Of a DNA stretch of 35,596 nt, positions 11,003 to 22,809 are shown piece after piece (within the stretch, counting starts at the first letter, position 1; each line of letters begins with the position of its first letter). A model generated the notes under the pieces. That model searched no databases and had not been told where the DNA came from. It was given only the letters and a program-made list of their open reading frames with translations. The stretch is from Octopus bimaculoides (Eukaryota), in contig NC_068981.1 of assembly GCF_001194135.2 (NCBI RefSeq), forward strand, positions 12,432,183 through 12,467,778. The letters are read 5' to 3'. The translations under genes were made by a program, and so were the position numbers.

Positions 11003-13085
11003 CTCACTAGGAGTTACAAAGAAAATTAAATTTCATATACGACTTGATTGAAAATTACTTCCTTACTAATTTTATATCCTATGGAATGAAATTTATGAAA
11101 GAATTTTCGACGAAAATTACAAGCAAGATATTACCATAACTGAGATTCTAAAAACTTTTAATTCAGTGAAATCATATGAGTAATGTGAATATATTGACAC
11201 ATTTGATATCAATTATTTGTAATTATGAATTACAGACTTCTACCAATTCAAATAGTTATAAACGTAGCGTTACTTTTTAAAATAATTAGTTTATTAGTGG
11301 TGTCAACACATCAAAAAAAAAAAAAAGACAAATGCTTAATTTATATTAAATGATACCATTTTAAGGAAAAATCGGCATTAAGTGAAATCCGCTTAATTTG
11401 CATTTTTAACTTGCACTCGTTTATCTAGAATGATAATGAAATATTGTTCTTGCAAGTTTTGGACAGTTAACCGAATTTTATAATTTTACTCAATGAAATT
11501 TATCGAATTCAGCTGTCAAAACCTAATGTTTTTCCTATTTTTGATATTATTGCAGCACTCTTCTATGTGCTGATGAATTGTATATGTAATTATTTAAAGG
11601 ATAATCCAGAAATGCCATTCGCATGCTAAGCAATAGGCAAGTTACCGTTAAAATTTTAACTCATTGTGGAGAAGTATAGATGAAACCTATCAAATATTAG
11701 GCGTAATTTTTAGTTCCTTATTGAAGAAAAATTAGCTCTATTTTCTTGCACTACAAGTTGTTCTAAAAAGTTATACGTACATGTTTTGCATTATTTTGTG
11801 AAGTACACTGAAATTCAATTCTCTGCGGTCATGCCATGGCATAGGTTTTGCTACTGAATAATTAGTATGTGGAGTTCACAATCAAAACATCTTGGGTAAA
11901 ATTTGAAGAGTCTCGTAGTGCCAGCTTTATTATAAAAACATTTTCAGAGCGTTTCTCCAAATTACACAGATGTATATAAGTAACAAACAAATGCTGGTAC
12001 TGCTATTTTTTTTCTTCCAGCTATAATATCCTTAATGTTGTACAAGCTAAAAGGAGGGAGGATAAGACTATGTCAGTTAGCAATAGTTGAGTTTTGTGTA
12101 ACAAATAATGAAATCAATGTATCAACCCTATTCATTTGTGAGTAACAACTATAACTAATGCTGAGATTAAACATGATAACTAACTTAGTACATGTACATT
12201 TTGATCGTCTATTTACAAGCAACAGATAACAAGAGCTTACATTACAAGAACAGGATATATCCGAAATTGTGTAACTGTGGAGACCATTTACCATCGCAAA
12301 TATTGTTTGTTAGCTGTACTAATTCAATACTTTCCTTTCTATAATTCAGTGTTTCAATTTTTTTCTAAAATAAAATATTTATGGTTGATCCTATGAATGA
12401 TTTTGTATGTAAATTTCATATTATATCTTATGTTGCACACCTTTGTGTAGGAACTATTTCTTGAATCTACATTAGAAGTATTTCATAGATATAACATCAT
12501 AGTGAATATTTGACATTTTATCAATAACCATTAGGAATTTTTTTCAATTATTGAACGCCAAACCCAAATACACAACAAACCAATAGACAGTATTTCTCAG
12601 CAATTCTCCCGAGATGCTCTTTATTTGCTAGGATCGGTTCAACCACACATAATTTGCTCATTATTTTACATTCATCGGAAAATGCAAAATAGCCACTGGA
12701 ACTAATAATAAACATTTTTAACGGTAAAAATACCATGAAAGTGTATGCCAATACTTTTATTCCTCAATGGCATAAAAATTTTCAACTATATACCTACCTA
12801 CCTACCAGCTTAGTAAAGAATGTTTTCTATTTAATTATCCACTTCTATTACACTTATATTCACAATGAAACACACACACACTCATATATACAGATTTTTT
12901 CTAAAAAAAAAAAACAGTAGAGAATAGTACTCAATATATGTTATAGTATCTATAGTTACTAGGTAACTCTATCAGTCATATCTTTGTAAATAAATCTTCA
13001 ACACCATATTGGAACATAGTAGTAAGGTAAAAATTAGAGTGCGTATGTATATACATATACGCGAAAATACACGCGCAGAAATAAG

Positions 13086-13107
13086 TATACATACATACAT
13101 CCATATA

Positions 13108-13141
<34 letters not shown>

Positions 13142-13166
13142 CATACATACATACATACATACATAT
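13086..13166. repeat. (TACA)n microsatellite
   Basis: Directly visible. Confidence 0.9.
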
Positions 13167-13169
13167 GTT

Positions 13170-13296
13170 GCGCAGGCATGGTTCAGTGGTAGGGAGCTTG
13201 CTTACCAACCACAAAGTTCCGGGTTCAGTCCTACTGTGTGGAAATTTAAGGCAAGTGTTTTCTACCATACAGGCGGAAACTGATAGAAGGCTGTAG
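13170..13296 (+). mobile_element. tRNA-derived SINE 5' head (octopus family), internally deleted and 3'-truncated
   Basis: gcgcaggcaTGGTTCAGTGGtaggg (A-box-like) ... ccGGGTTCAGTCCtactgtgtgg (B-box-like) ... ggcggaaactgatagaagg. The last segment matches gacggaaactgaaagaagc in the SINE at 25081-25346. Confidence 0.8.
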
Positions 13297-13331
<35 letters not shown>

Positions 13332-13425
13332 ATACGTTTATTAAACATATGTTATATACATGCTACATATATATACGTAAACAACTAAACATAGGATTAT
13401 ATACATACACTATATATATACATAT

Positions 13426-13463
<38 letters not shown>

Positions 13464-13680
13464 NNNNNNNNNNNNNNNNNNNNNNNNNNNNNNNNNNNNN
13501 NNNNNNNNNNNNNNNNNNNNNNNNNNNNNNNNNNNNNNNNNNNNNNNNNNNNNNNNNNNNNNNNNNNNNNNNNNNNNNNNNNNNNNNNNNNNNNNNNNNN
13601 NNNNNNNNNNNNNNNNNNNNNNNNNNNNNNNNNNNNNNNNNNNNNNNNNNNNNNNNNNNNNNNNNNNNNNNNNNNNNNNN

Positions 13681-13717
<37 letters not shown>

Positions 13718-14965
13718 GTAGGCATGTATGTATGTACGTATGTGTATCTGCCAAAGTTGGCAGAATGAACAAGAGATATATATTGCAGTGGACATATATT
13801 ACAAATTTATCAAGGGTCATGTCTGTTCTCCAAGCATTCCTTTTTGATATCACTTTCAACTATATTCTGTCAAAGTGTGAAATAATGTATTGTGTAATGC
13901 TCATTTGAGCGAAATATTCCGATAAATCCATACGGTCCTAAATTGCTAATGCACCGCCAATTATGTTTTGCTCGATAACAATATGTATGAGAAAGTAGAT
14001 ATTCTTATTTCCCTGACGCTATCTTCTGACAAGTGAAGTGAGATAAAGGAAAATAAACCTGCTTGTAGGAGCCATATACAATCTGTTTGATCAATAATTA
14101 GCTAGTCTACACTGCCCATATCGTATGTCCTCACACTATAACTAATAGAAAATGCAGTCTTTAAAGCTCGTTCCGACATTGTTTCATTGCACGGCTTTGT
14201 AAATATGTGACGTAGAATTGCCATGATGTAAACAGTTTTAGATTATCAGATGTATTTTATTTCCCTTAGTAACTCCCACTTAAAATATGTTATGGCGTAT
14301 GTATTCAACCCCACCGTTATCCATTGTATTATCACAACATCATTTATCTGCAGTATAAATGATTTTGTCTTTCATCTTTTGGAATGCGATAAAATAACTC
14401 GCAGGTAATTCTGTTTCGATATGATCAAATATATTGCAGATAAGGGAAGATTTCTTATTCATCACCATACTGGCATTGAAAGACTACTCCAAGTTGACAG
14501 TGTGAGGATCTGAAGTTTAAGAGATGAAACCAGAATCTGGCAATAATTCAGCATTCCGTAATATATAGGAGTATAATAGGAAAAAAAACGACAAAAAACA
14601 CAAAGCTTGCATTACTTGCCATAGTGTTTTAGCATATTTGTACGGAATTAATATAGACAGATGATGTCTAATTAGCAGTTATTCTCACGGAAAACACACA
14701 CATCCACGTAAAAATATACACACATACACAGGTGTTCTCCAGTTGCCACAGCGCTTAGGAACATGACAGGCTTATTTCCGAAGATAAAATGACAGTCGCG
14801 TGGTTGTGTATGCCCATGAATGTTCCACGACTATTATCAGAGCTTATTCCCAGTAGCCAAGAGGCTTACACTTACACAAAAATAAGTAAAACGTATTTAT
14901 GACTCAGAAATTGCACGGACACACGCACGCACACATATCACACATACATATACGCATATATATAT

Positions 14966-15328
14966 GTAGTGTACGGATGCACCATTAGTACTATAACCGA
15001 GAATTATATTTATATAGGATGTAGTATTAACCTGAAACAGAGAATATATAACCATAGGTCTTCGTTTAGACTTAGACATAAGGCAAATAGTACGACATTG
15101 GCAAGTAAAATTTGGGAGTTAAAAGATAATGGTATTAATTTTAGCCTTAAATGGGAAATTATAAGAAAAGCTCAACCTTATAGAAATAATAGATATGGAT
15201 GTGAATTGTGTTCTATGGAAATATATGAAATTTTTAAACTTAGAAATAATCCTAATCTAATCAATAATAGATTAGACCTTAGGGTATCATGTGTACACTG
15301 CTCTACTCGCACTTTTAATTTTTTTTAA
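14966..15328 (+). mobile_element. GIY-YIG endonuclease domain of a Penelope-like element (3' end of ORF, 5'-truncated, no stops)
   Basis: VVYGC..NYIYIGCS.NLKQRIYNHRSSFR..STTLASKIWELK..KWEII.KAQPY..CELC..EIYEI..LINNR..SCVH. It has the GIY/YIG pair, catalytic Arg, His, metal-binding Glu and Asn, plus the CxxC and C-x-H motifs typical of invertebrate PLE endonucleases. No RT is visible upstream (microsatellite). Confidence 0.85.
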
Positions 15329-16314
15329 AAATAGGCCTTTATTAAGTAACTAAAGTTATTAAATTATAGTACTTTACTTCTATTATGGTTATCTAGGNNN
15401 NNNNNNNNNNNNNNNNNNNNNNNNNNNNNNNNNNNNNNNNNNNNNNNNNNNNNNNNNNNNNNNNNNNNNNNNNNNNNNNNNNNNNNNNNNNNNNNNNNNN
15501 NNNNNNNNNNNNNNNNNNNNNNNNNNNNNNNNNNNNNNNNNNNNNNNNNNNNNNNNNNNNNNNNNNNNNNNNNNNNNNNNNNNNNNNNNNNNNNNNNNNN
15601 NNNNNNNNNNNNNNNNNNNNNNNNNNNNNNNNNNNNNNNNNNNNNNNNNNNNNNNNNNNNNNNNNNNNNNNNNNNNNNNNNNNNNNNNNNNNNNNNNNNN
15701 NNNNNNNNNNNNNNNNNNNNNNNNNNNNNNNNNNNNNNNNNNNNNNNNNNNNNNNNNNNNNNNNNNNNNNNNNNNNNNNNNNNNNNNNNNNNNNNNNNNN
15801 NNNNNNNNNNNNNNNNNNNNNNNNNNNNNNNNNNNNNNNNNNNNNNNNNNNNNNNNNNNNNNNNNNNNNNNNNNNNNNNNNNNNNNNNNNNNNNNNNNNN
15901 NNNNNNNNNNNNNNNNNNNNNNNNNNNNNNNNNNNNNNNNNNNNNNNNNNNNNNNNNNNNNNNNNNNNNNNNNNNNNNNNNNNNNNNNNNNNNNNNNNNN
16001 NNNNNNNNNNNNNNNNNNNNNNNNNNNNNNNNNNNNNNNNNNNNNNNNNNNNNNNNNNNNNNNNNNNNNNNNNNNNNNNNNNNNNNNNNNNNNNNNNNNN
16101 NNNNNNNNNNNNNNNNNNNNNNNNNNNNNNNNNNNNNNNNNNNNNNNNNNNNNNNNNNNNNNNNNNNNNNNNNNNNNNNNNNNNNNNNNNNNNNNNNNNN
16201 NNNNNNNNNNNNNNNNNNNNNNNNNNNNNNNNNNNNNNNNNNNNNNNNNNNNNNNNNNNNNNNNNNNNNNNNNNNNNNNNNNNNNNNNNNNNNNNNNNNN
16301 NNNNNNNNNNNNNN

Positions 16315-16510
16315 ATGTATGCTCTCTCCCACTTGGATTTGAAATGTTGCCACATTTATAATATGTCTTTTCTACTGTAATTTTCTGCATTTTCGTGCAG
16401 CTGAAGATTGCTCTTCATATTGCATTTAATGTAATGCTCGCATTACTTAAATAAATTGGAGTAGCATGAAACGTGCGTACTGCAATCACCTTTGAAATCT
16501 GTGTTGCTTA
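16315..16510 (+). mobile_element. Probable PLE pseudo-LTR/3' region carrying the hammerhead
   Basis: Same strand as the GIY-YIG ORF and separated from it only by 3' UTR and the gap 15398-16314. Linkage across the gap is inferred. Confidence 0.5.
16396..16484 (+). ncRNA. Minimal type I hammerhead ribozyme (PLE-associated type)
   Basis: Stem I tgcag(16396-16400)/ctgca(16480-16484); core CTGAAGA (16401-16407); stem II ttgctcttc/ggagtagcat; GAAA (16468-16471); 1-bp stem III C-gtgc-G; GUA cleavage triplet (16477-16479). Confidence 0.78.
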
Positions 16511-16514
16511 TTTT

Positions 16515-16664
16515 TATATATATATATATATATATACAGAGAGAGAGAGAGAGACAGAGAGAGACAGAGACAGAGAGAGTAAGAGATAAATACATAGATA
16601 GATTCATACATACATACATATACATATATAAATACATAACTACATGCATACATGCATGCATACA

Positions 16665-16698
<34 letters not shown>

Positions 16699-16712
16699 CT
16701 TACATACATACG
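16515..16712. repeat. Compound (TA)n/(GA)n/(TACA)n microsatellite
   Basis: Directly visible. Confidence 0.9.
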
Positions 16713-17539
16713 CATGTGTAGCAAAATGCAGAACATAAAATTCATTACACTAAACTCTGACGTGTCAAAAAGATAATAAAGTGAAAAATATGAGAAAACG
16801 TCTGTCTTAATAACAAACCTGGAGCACACTGGAGTTGACGAATGTGCTTAACGAATTCCAGTGAAAACGTGTGACGTTGTTTATCCAACAACAGCAATCT
16901 CCAGTTAGCTTACCGCACACTTCAAGATTTTCAAACCACAGTCCTACTCAACACATAATAGATTTACATTAAAAATCAGGAGTGGACAGCAATTTTATAG
17001 CAAACAGTTTTCCCTCAAGATTTAGCAAAGTAATGATTGTAAGACCACTATCTAAATATGACAACACACGACATGAATTAGTCGCGAACGAAATTAAACA
17101 CACGACTGTTGAAGCAAAAATGTATAAACGTAATGCACAAATTTCCTGTTCGAGGTGAAAGGCTTACGTCGATAAAGAATCAGCAACTCTCACAATCAGC
17201 ACTGTATACAGACTTTGAGACTATGAATAAACATCACGAAACGGTGATAACTGATTTGCAAACATTAATGTTCGTAGGAAACTGTAAAAATACCAAATGA
17301 AAACTTGGGCAAGGAAATTACTTCAACTCACGTACAACGTCCAACAGCAAGGAGATTTCAATAGAGCAACTTTGAAGAATTGCATGTGTTTTTATGCATG
17401 CTACAAAAAGGTAAGATCATTTTATGTATCTATTTCATATATATTTCTATCTGTAATTTAAGCAAATCCCTTGCACGTAGACATAGCTGTATGCACGTCA
17501 ATGTGTACATGTGTGTATACATGTATTGCATGTCTATAT

Positions 17540-17553
17540 GAATATACATATAC

Positions 17554-17586
<33 letters not shown>

Positions 17587-17742
17587 CGTGTGCGTGTGTG
17601 TGTGTGTGTGCGCGCGTGTGCGTGCGTGTATGTGTGTGCGCGTGTGTTTGTGTGTGTGTGTGTTTGTGTATGTGTGTATGTGTATGGCTGTGATGTATAT
17701 ATATATATAAATACATCACAGCCATACACATACACACATACA

Positions 17743-17816
<74 letters not shown>

Positions 17817-17900
17817 TACATATATATGTCTGTGTGTGCTTGTGCGTGTGTTTGTATACAGAGAGAGAGAGAGATAGAGATAGAGAGAGAGAGAAGGAGA
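17540..17900. repeat. Compound (TA)/(TG)/(CG)/(GA) microsatellite containing a perfect 32-bp inverted repeat (17667-17698 / 17711-17742)
   Basis: Directly visible; arms checked base by base. Confidence 0.9.
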
Positions 17901-18504
17901 AGGGAGCGAGAGACATAGATAGACAGATGACTATATACACGCATGTAATTACCTAAGATGTATAAACGTACATAAGAAGGTACATATGGTTTTGTATACT
18001 GTGCGTATGCATATATAACGTATGTGCTTATAAACTTGTATGTTAAATTATAATAAACAAATATTGCCCTGTTGGAGATGAATTTTTAGACCAGTAAGTA
18101 CGCGAATATACATTTTACCTCCCCTGCCCTTCTGTCGATATATATGTATATATATGTGTGGGGTGGAATATATATTAAAGGAAGTGGAAAACAAAACCAA
18201 GGCAGGACAGGTTTGTCAGATCATTAAAATTATTTAAATGATTCTAATGGTGTATCGAAGTAAGCAAAAGTAAACAGTGATGTTTTACAGTTGTTTCCGT
18301 GATATCCCAGATGATGGATCAAGGTGTTGATCCACATTTCCATGATCGGAGACAAGATACATGTGCACAAAATTTCAATGTGGATATGTAAATAGAAGCC
18401 ATGATGTAGAGAAATGCATGAAGATCAAGGCTCATAGTTCATCCTGTTCCGGATGGTACGGGGGGTTTATCCATATTTCCGTGAAGGTGTGTATACTTAC
18501 GTAT

Positions 18505-18561
18505 AATACATACATACACTCACACACACACATACACACACATACACACACATACACGCAC

Positions 18562-18596
<35 letters not shown>

Positions 18597-18659
18597 AGTG
18601 TGTGTGTGTGTGTGTGTCTGTGTGTCTGTGTGTGTGAAAGTATGGGTATATAATATGTA

Positions 18660-18715
<56 letters not shown>

Positions 18716-18826
18716 CTGTGTGTGTGTGTGTGTATGTGTGTGTATGCATGCATATATGTATGTATGCATGTATAAAGAGAGAGAGAGAGAGATAGAGAGA
18801 GGAAGAAACAGAGATATAGAGACAGT

Positions 18827-18881
<55 letters not shown>

Positions 18882-18885
18882 GAGA
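18505..18885. repeat. Compound (CA)/(TA)/(TG)/(GA) microsatellite
   Basis: Directly visible. Confidence 0.9.
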
Positions 18886-19708
18886 GAAAGAAATCATTGC
18901 CTGCATTATGAATTAATAAAAATAATAAATAACAAAGCAAACCGATAACGAATATTTCCTTACTCGTATTCCGATATAATTAGCTTCCAACGGGAATATG
19001 TATTACCTTCTTAATATAAACCGCAGAATATTGTCAGCTCAAAATGACCTACACGAAATTTTAGAGACGTTCTACTTGCTAACCTTGTCAGAAAAATATT
19101 TTATTTGCTTTCACTGATCTTAAACAAAGTCTACGTCCACACAACTCTGACCATATTGGTTTATTACTACCGTCAGTAGCAGTCTCCATTTGTTTACCCA
19201 AATTCGTACAACAAACATACTACTTTTTGTTTTCACTGCTCATACACATTCCTCTTCTATTCTTACTGCACCTAACTCGTTTTACAGAAGCCTATTACAA
19301 TTTAGTTTTAGCGATTCAAGTTTTCTGAACAGAAACAATTTTCTTTTTTTTAAATAAATTCTTCATAAAAGTGTTCTTCATTTATTTTTAGCTTGTTTCA
19401 ATTATCGTTTATTTCCCTGATTGTTTCTAATATGAATCTGGTACAAATTTAACACTTCAGTAATTATTTAAGGAAAACGACGTCACTAAAATAAAATTCA
19501 TTATATTTCTTATTTAGATAATTCTTGATTTGAATAACAACATAAAATTCTGGTTTTCCCGTTTAGAACCGATGAAGAATATACTTCTGTATGGAAACTT
19601 ACGCTCAGTTATATAGACGATTAACGTTTAAGAATTATAGCGAATAGTGAACATTTAAAACATTCTTAATTACAGTTTCATGAACTGAAGAACGTCAGTA
19701 TTAACTAT

Positions 19709-20600
19709 TAACTACGCCTTCACAAAGGCGGAGGTATTGTTTCCAATCATGTTTGTTTGTTTGTCCGTGGAAAGATATCTCAGGAACCACTGGATGAATT
19801 CAGATGAAACTTTCAGGGATGTTTGGCGTCGTCATTGGCATGAACTAATTATATTTGGGGATTTATCCGGTACTGGACAAGGATTCTGGATTATTATTTA
19901 AATTTACTATCCATGAAGGTATTACGATCTCTGATTATCTCCCTCGAAAGCACGCTCGTTGTTTCCACGTAGATTATGGTAGTGCTGCTGCTTCTAAAGT
20001 TTTAATTTCGTTTCTCTATTTTTAATTTTTCTCGCCCCTCTATCCTAATAGAAACTGATGGATCAAGAAATCAAGCTACATAAACAAATGGCAGGAAAAA
20101 AGTTCAGTAACTAAATAACATTAACATACTTAGTAACAATAAATTTAATTTATCCTCGACAATTTTTGGTTTTACCAATGTTGAATATATCGCTCGTGGT
20201 TAAAACTCTTACCTATATGACAATTGCATTTCTAGCTCTGCTTTGAAGGAAGCTTTACTTCTTGGACTCACGATTTTGTGCGCAACGATGTTGTTAAACC
20301 TGGGTCAACAGCACCGTATGTAGATCCTTTAGATCTTAAATGGTCGTAAATACACTATATCAGGGGATAGACTAAAAAAGGTCTTCATAGAGAAAACTGT
20401 CCATGTTCCCACTGCATACAGCACACACACATCATTACAAACACGGCCCACACACCCACCTTCACATTCCATGACTATCATTGGGCTCGATCAGGTACCG
20501 GACAAGGATTCTGGATACTTTTTTCCGTTTTTTAATACTTAATTTTTGAGAGCGGTCGAGTTCATTTTTAGTATTCTCGTTTATGAGAGCAATCGAGTTT
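19709..20600 (+). mobile_element. Helentron-associated non-autonomous element (HINE/DINE-1-like); 3' end not seen
   Basis: 5' hairpin taactacgcctt-caca-aaggcggaggta, then (TGTT)n, then gatatctcagg..ggatgaattcagatgaaactttcagg..tttgggg..atccgg..ctggat. I recognise this core order from HINE elements. The atcc/aggtac.ggacaaggattctggat block recurs at 19865-19891 and 20490-20516. Confidence 0.6.
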
Positions 20601-20656
20601 ATATATATATATATATATTGGCTAAACTGGCAATATGACCATCCCCAAGTACAACA

Positions 20657-20697
<41 letters not shown>

Positions 20698-21454
20698 NNN
20701 NNNNNNNNNNNNNNNNNNNNNNNNNNNNNNNNNNNNNNNNNNNNNNNNNNNNNNNNNNNNNNNNNNNNNNNNNNNNNNNNNNNNNNNNNNNNNNNNNNNN
20801 NNNNNNNNNNNNNNNNNNNNNNNNNNNNNNNNNNNNNNNNNNNNNNNNNNNNNNNNNNNNNNNNNNNNNNNNNNNNNNNNNNNNNNNNNNNNNNNNNNNN
20901 NNNNNNNNNNNNNNNNNNNNNNNNNNNNNNNNNNNNNNNNNNNNNNNNNNNNNNNNNNNNNNNNNNNNNNNNNNNNNNNNNNNNNNNNNNNNNNNNNNNN
21001 NNNNNNNNNNNNNNNNNNNNNNNNNNNNNNNNNNNNNNNNNNNNNNNNNNNNNNNNNNNNNNNNNNNNNNNNNNNNNNNNNNNNNNNNNNNNNNNNNNNN
21101 NNNNNNNNNNNNNNNNNNNNNNNNNNNNNNNNNNNNNNNNNNNNNNNNNNNNNNNNNNNNNNNNNNNNNNNNNNNNNNNNNNNNNNNNNNNNNNNNNNNN
21201 NNNNNNNNNNNNNNNNNNNNNNNNNNNNNNNNNNNNNNNNNNNNNNNNNNNNNNNNNNNNNNNNNNNNNNNNNNNNNNNNNNNNNNNNNNNNNNNNNNNN
21301 NNNNNNNNNNNNNNNNNNNNNNNNNNNNNNNNNNNNNNNNNNNNNNNNNNNNNNNNNNNNNNNNNNNNNNNNNNNNNNNNNNNNNNNNNNNNNNNNNNNN
21401 NNNNNNNNNNNNNNNNNNNNNNNNNNNNNNNNNNNNNNNNNNNNNNNNNNNNNN

Positions 21455-21513
<59 letters not shown>

Positions 21514-22809
21514 ATATATATATGTACCATCGACGTCGTGTGATCAGTTGATATGGTATGTGTAAACTAATAGATCATTCAATATCCTAATACTGTTTGA
21601 TTTTGCAGTGGAATTTAGCTGACATATTCGAATTTCAACATTAGAAATATAATTTTTTAATCAATTTATGTTATCCACTCATATGGAATCCGCAACGTCG
21701 GTTAATCAATATTCGATTTGCTTCATAGAAACACGAAATGAGAAGCTGTCAGGAATGTAGAAAAAAAGTATTATGTATGTTAAAGGAATGAAATAGAGGG
21801 TGCATAATATAAATTACGCGGTATCTTACGTATTAATAATCAGGCGTTATGAAAACAGAAAAGATCGATATACTTATATCTGATGCATTGATTATTTCAC
21901 CCTTTGATCATACGCAAATATATTTCTCAAAAACACTTGGTAACATATATATAAATATAAACATAAAATCAAACCAATATTGATAAAGATAAGAACCTAA
22001 TCGCTGTTTAAAAGTGATATCGATGTTTGCAGGGAGTCCAGATTCACAGAAATTATAGATTAAAATAAAAGCTGTTACTAAAGAATATTAATATCAACTC
22101 CGATATATATGCATTTGGATTCTTACAACTATTGGTGTTTTAAAAATATTTTAAAATCAACAATGTTAAATATATTTTTACCTTGTACTTATGTTTCCGT
22201 CATTGTGCTTCCCTCGCTCTTACAATTGATGTTTGTGACATATGTTTGTGTGTGTGTGTGTGCATACACGCATAGGCAGACAGACTTATGCATGCAGATA
22301 TATGTGTGTGTGTGTGTGTGTGTGTATNNNNNNNNNNTATATATATACATACATACAGTGTGCAAATAGAAGACAATATGTATATAAAATTTGATGTCTG
22401 TAAATTAATATCGTTCGTCAGATTTTCACAGCTAACTCTTGAAATGATTACCGCCAAATACCTCTTCTAGTTGGTCTGTAAAACACTGCGTTGCGCTGAA
22501 GTAAAATTTCGCTATTCCTGTTTTATATTACGACAAACAAAAAAATTATGCGTTTGTATAATTGAGATTTATGATTAGAGATTTAAACGTGTCAGTAAAT
22601 TCATGAGAATCGCTGTAACATCCGGCAGTATGTATTGTATTAATGTTCCTGATGGTAGATTTTGTTTTGAGTTCAGATCCATCCTAAGTCAACTCTCCAG
22701 GAATATAATTGGACAGAATAATAAGAATGGAAGGGAGAATCTAGTTTAAAATCGGCAGTGTTCAAAAACACTTTAAGTTTTCATAGTGAAATTCCTCCAT
22801 TTGAAGGAA

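Noticed and set aside
14440-14513. Cadherin-like peptide KGRFLIHHHTGIERLL after an acceptor
   Set aside because: No LDxE or DxNDN motifs, a weak donor, and no supporting neighbouring exons.
16828-16905. Hairpin actggagtt/aattccagt followed by GAAA and acgt-gtg-acgt, a possible third hammerhead
   Set aside because: No CUGANGA in the right position (UUGACGA lies inside the stem), and the cleavage triplet would end in G.
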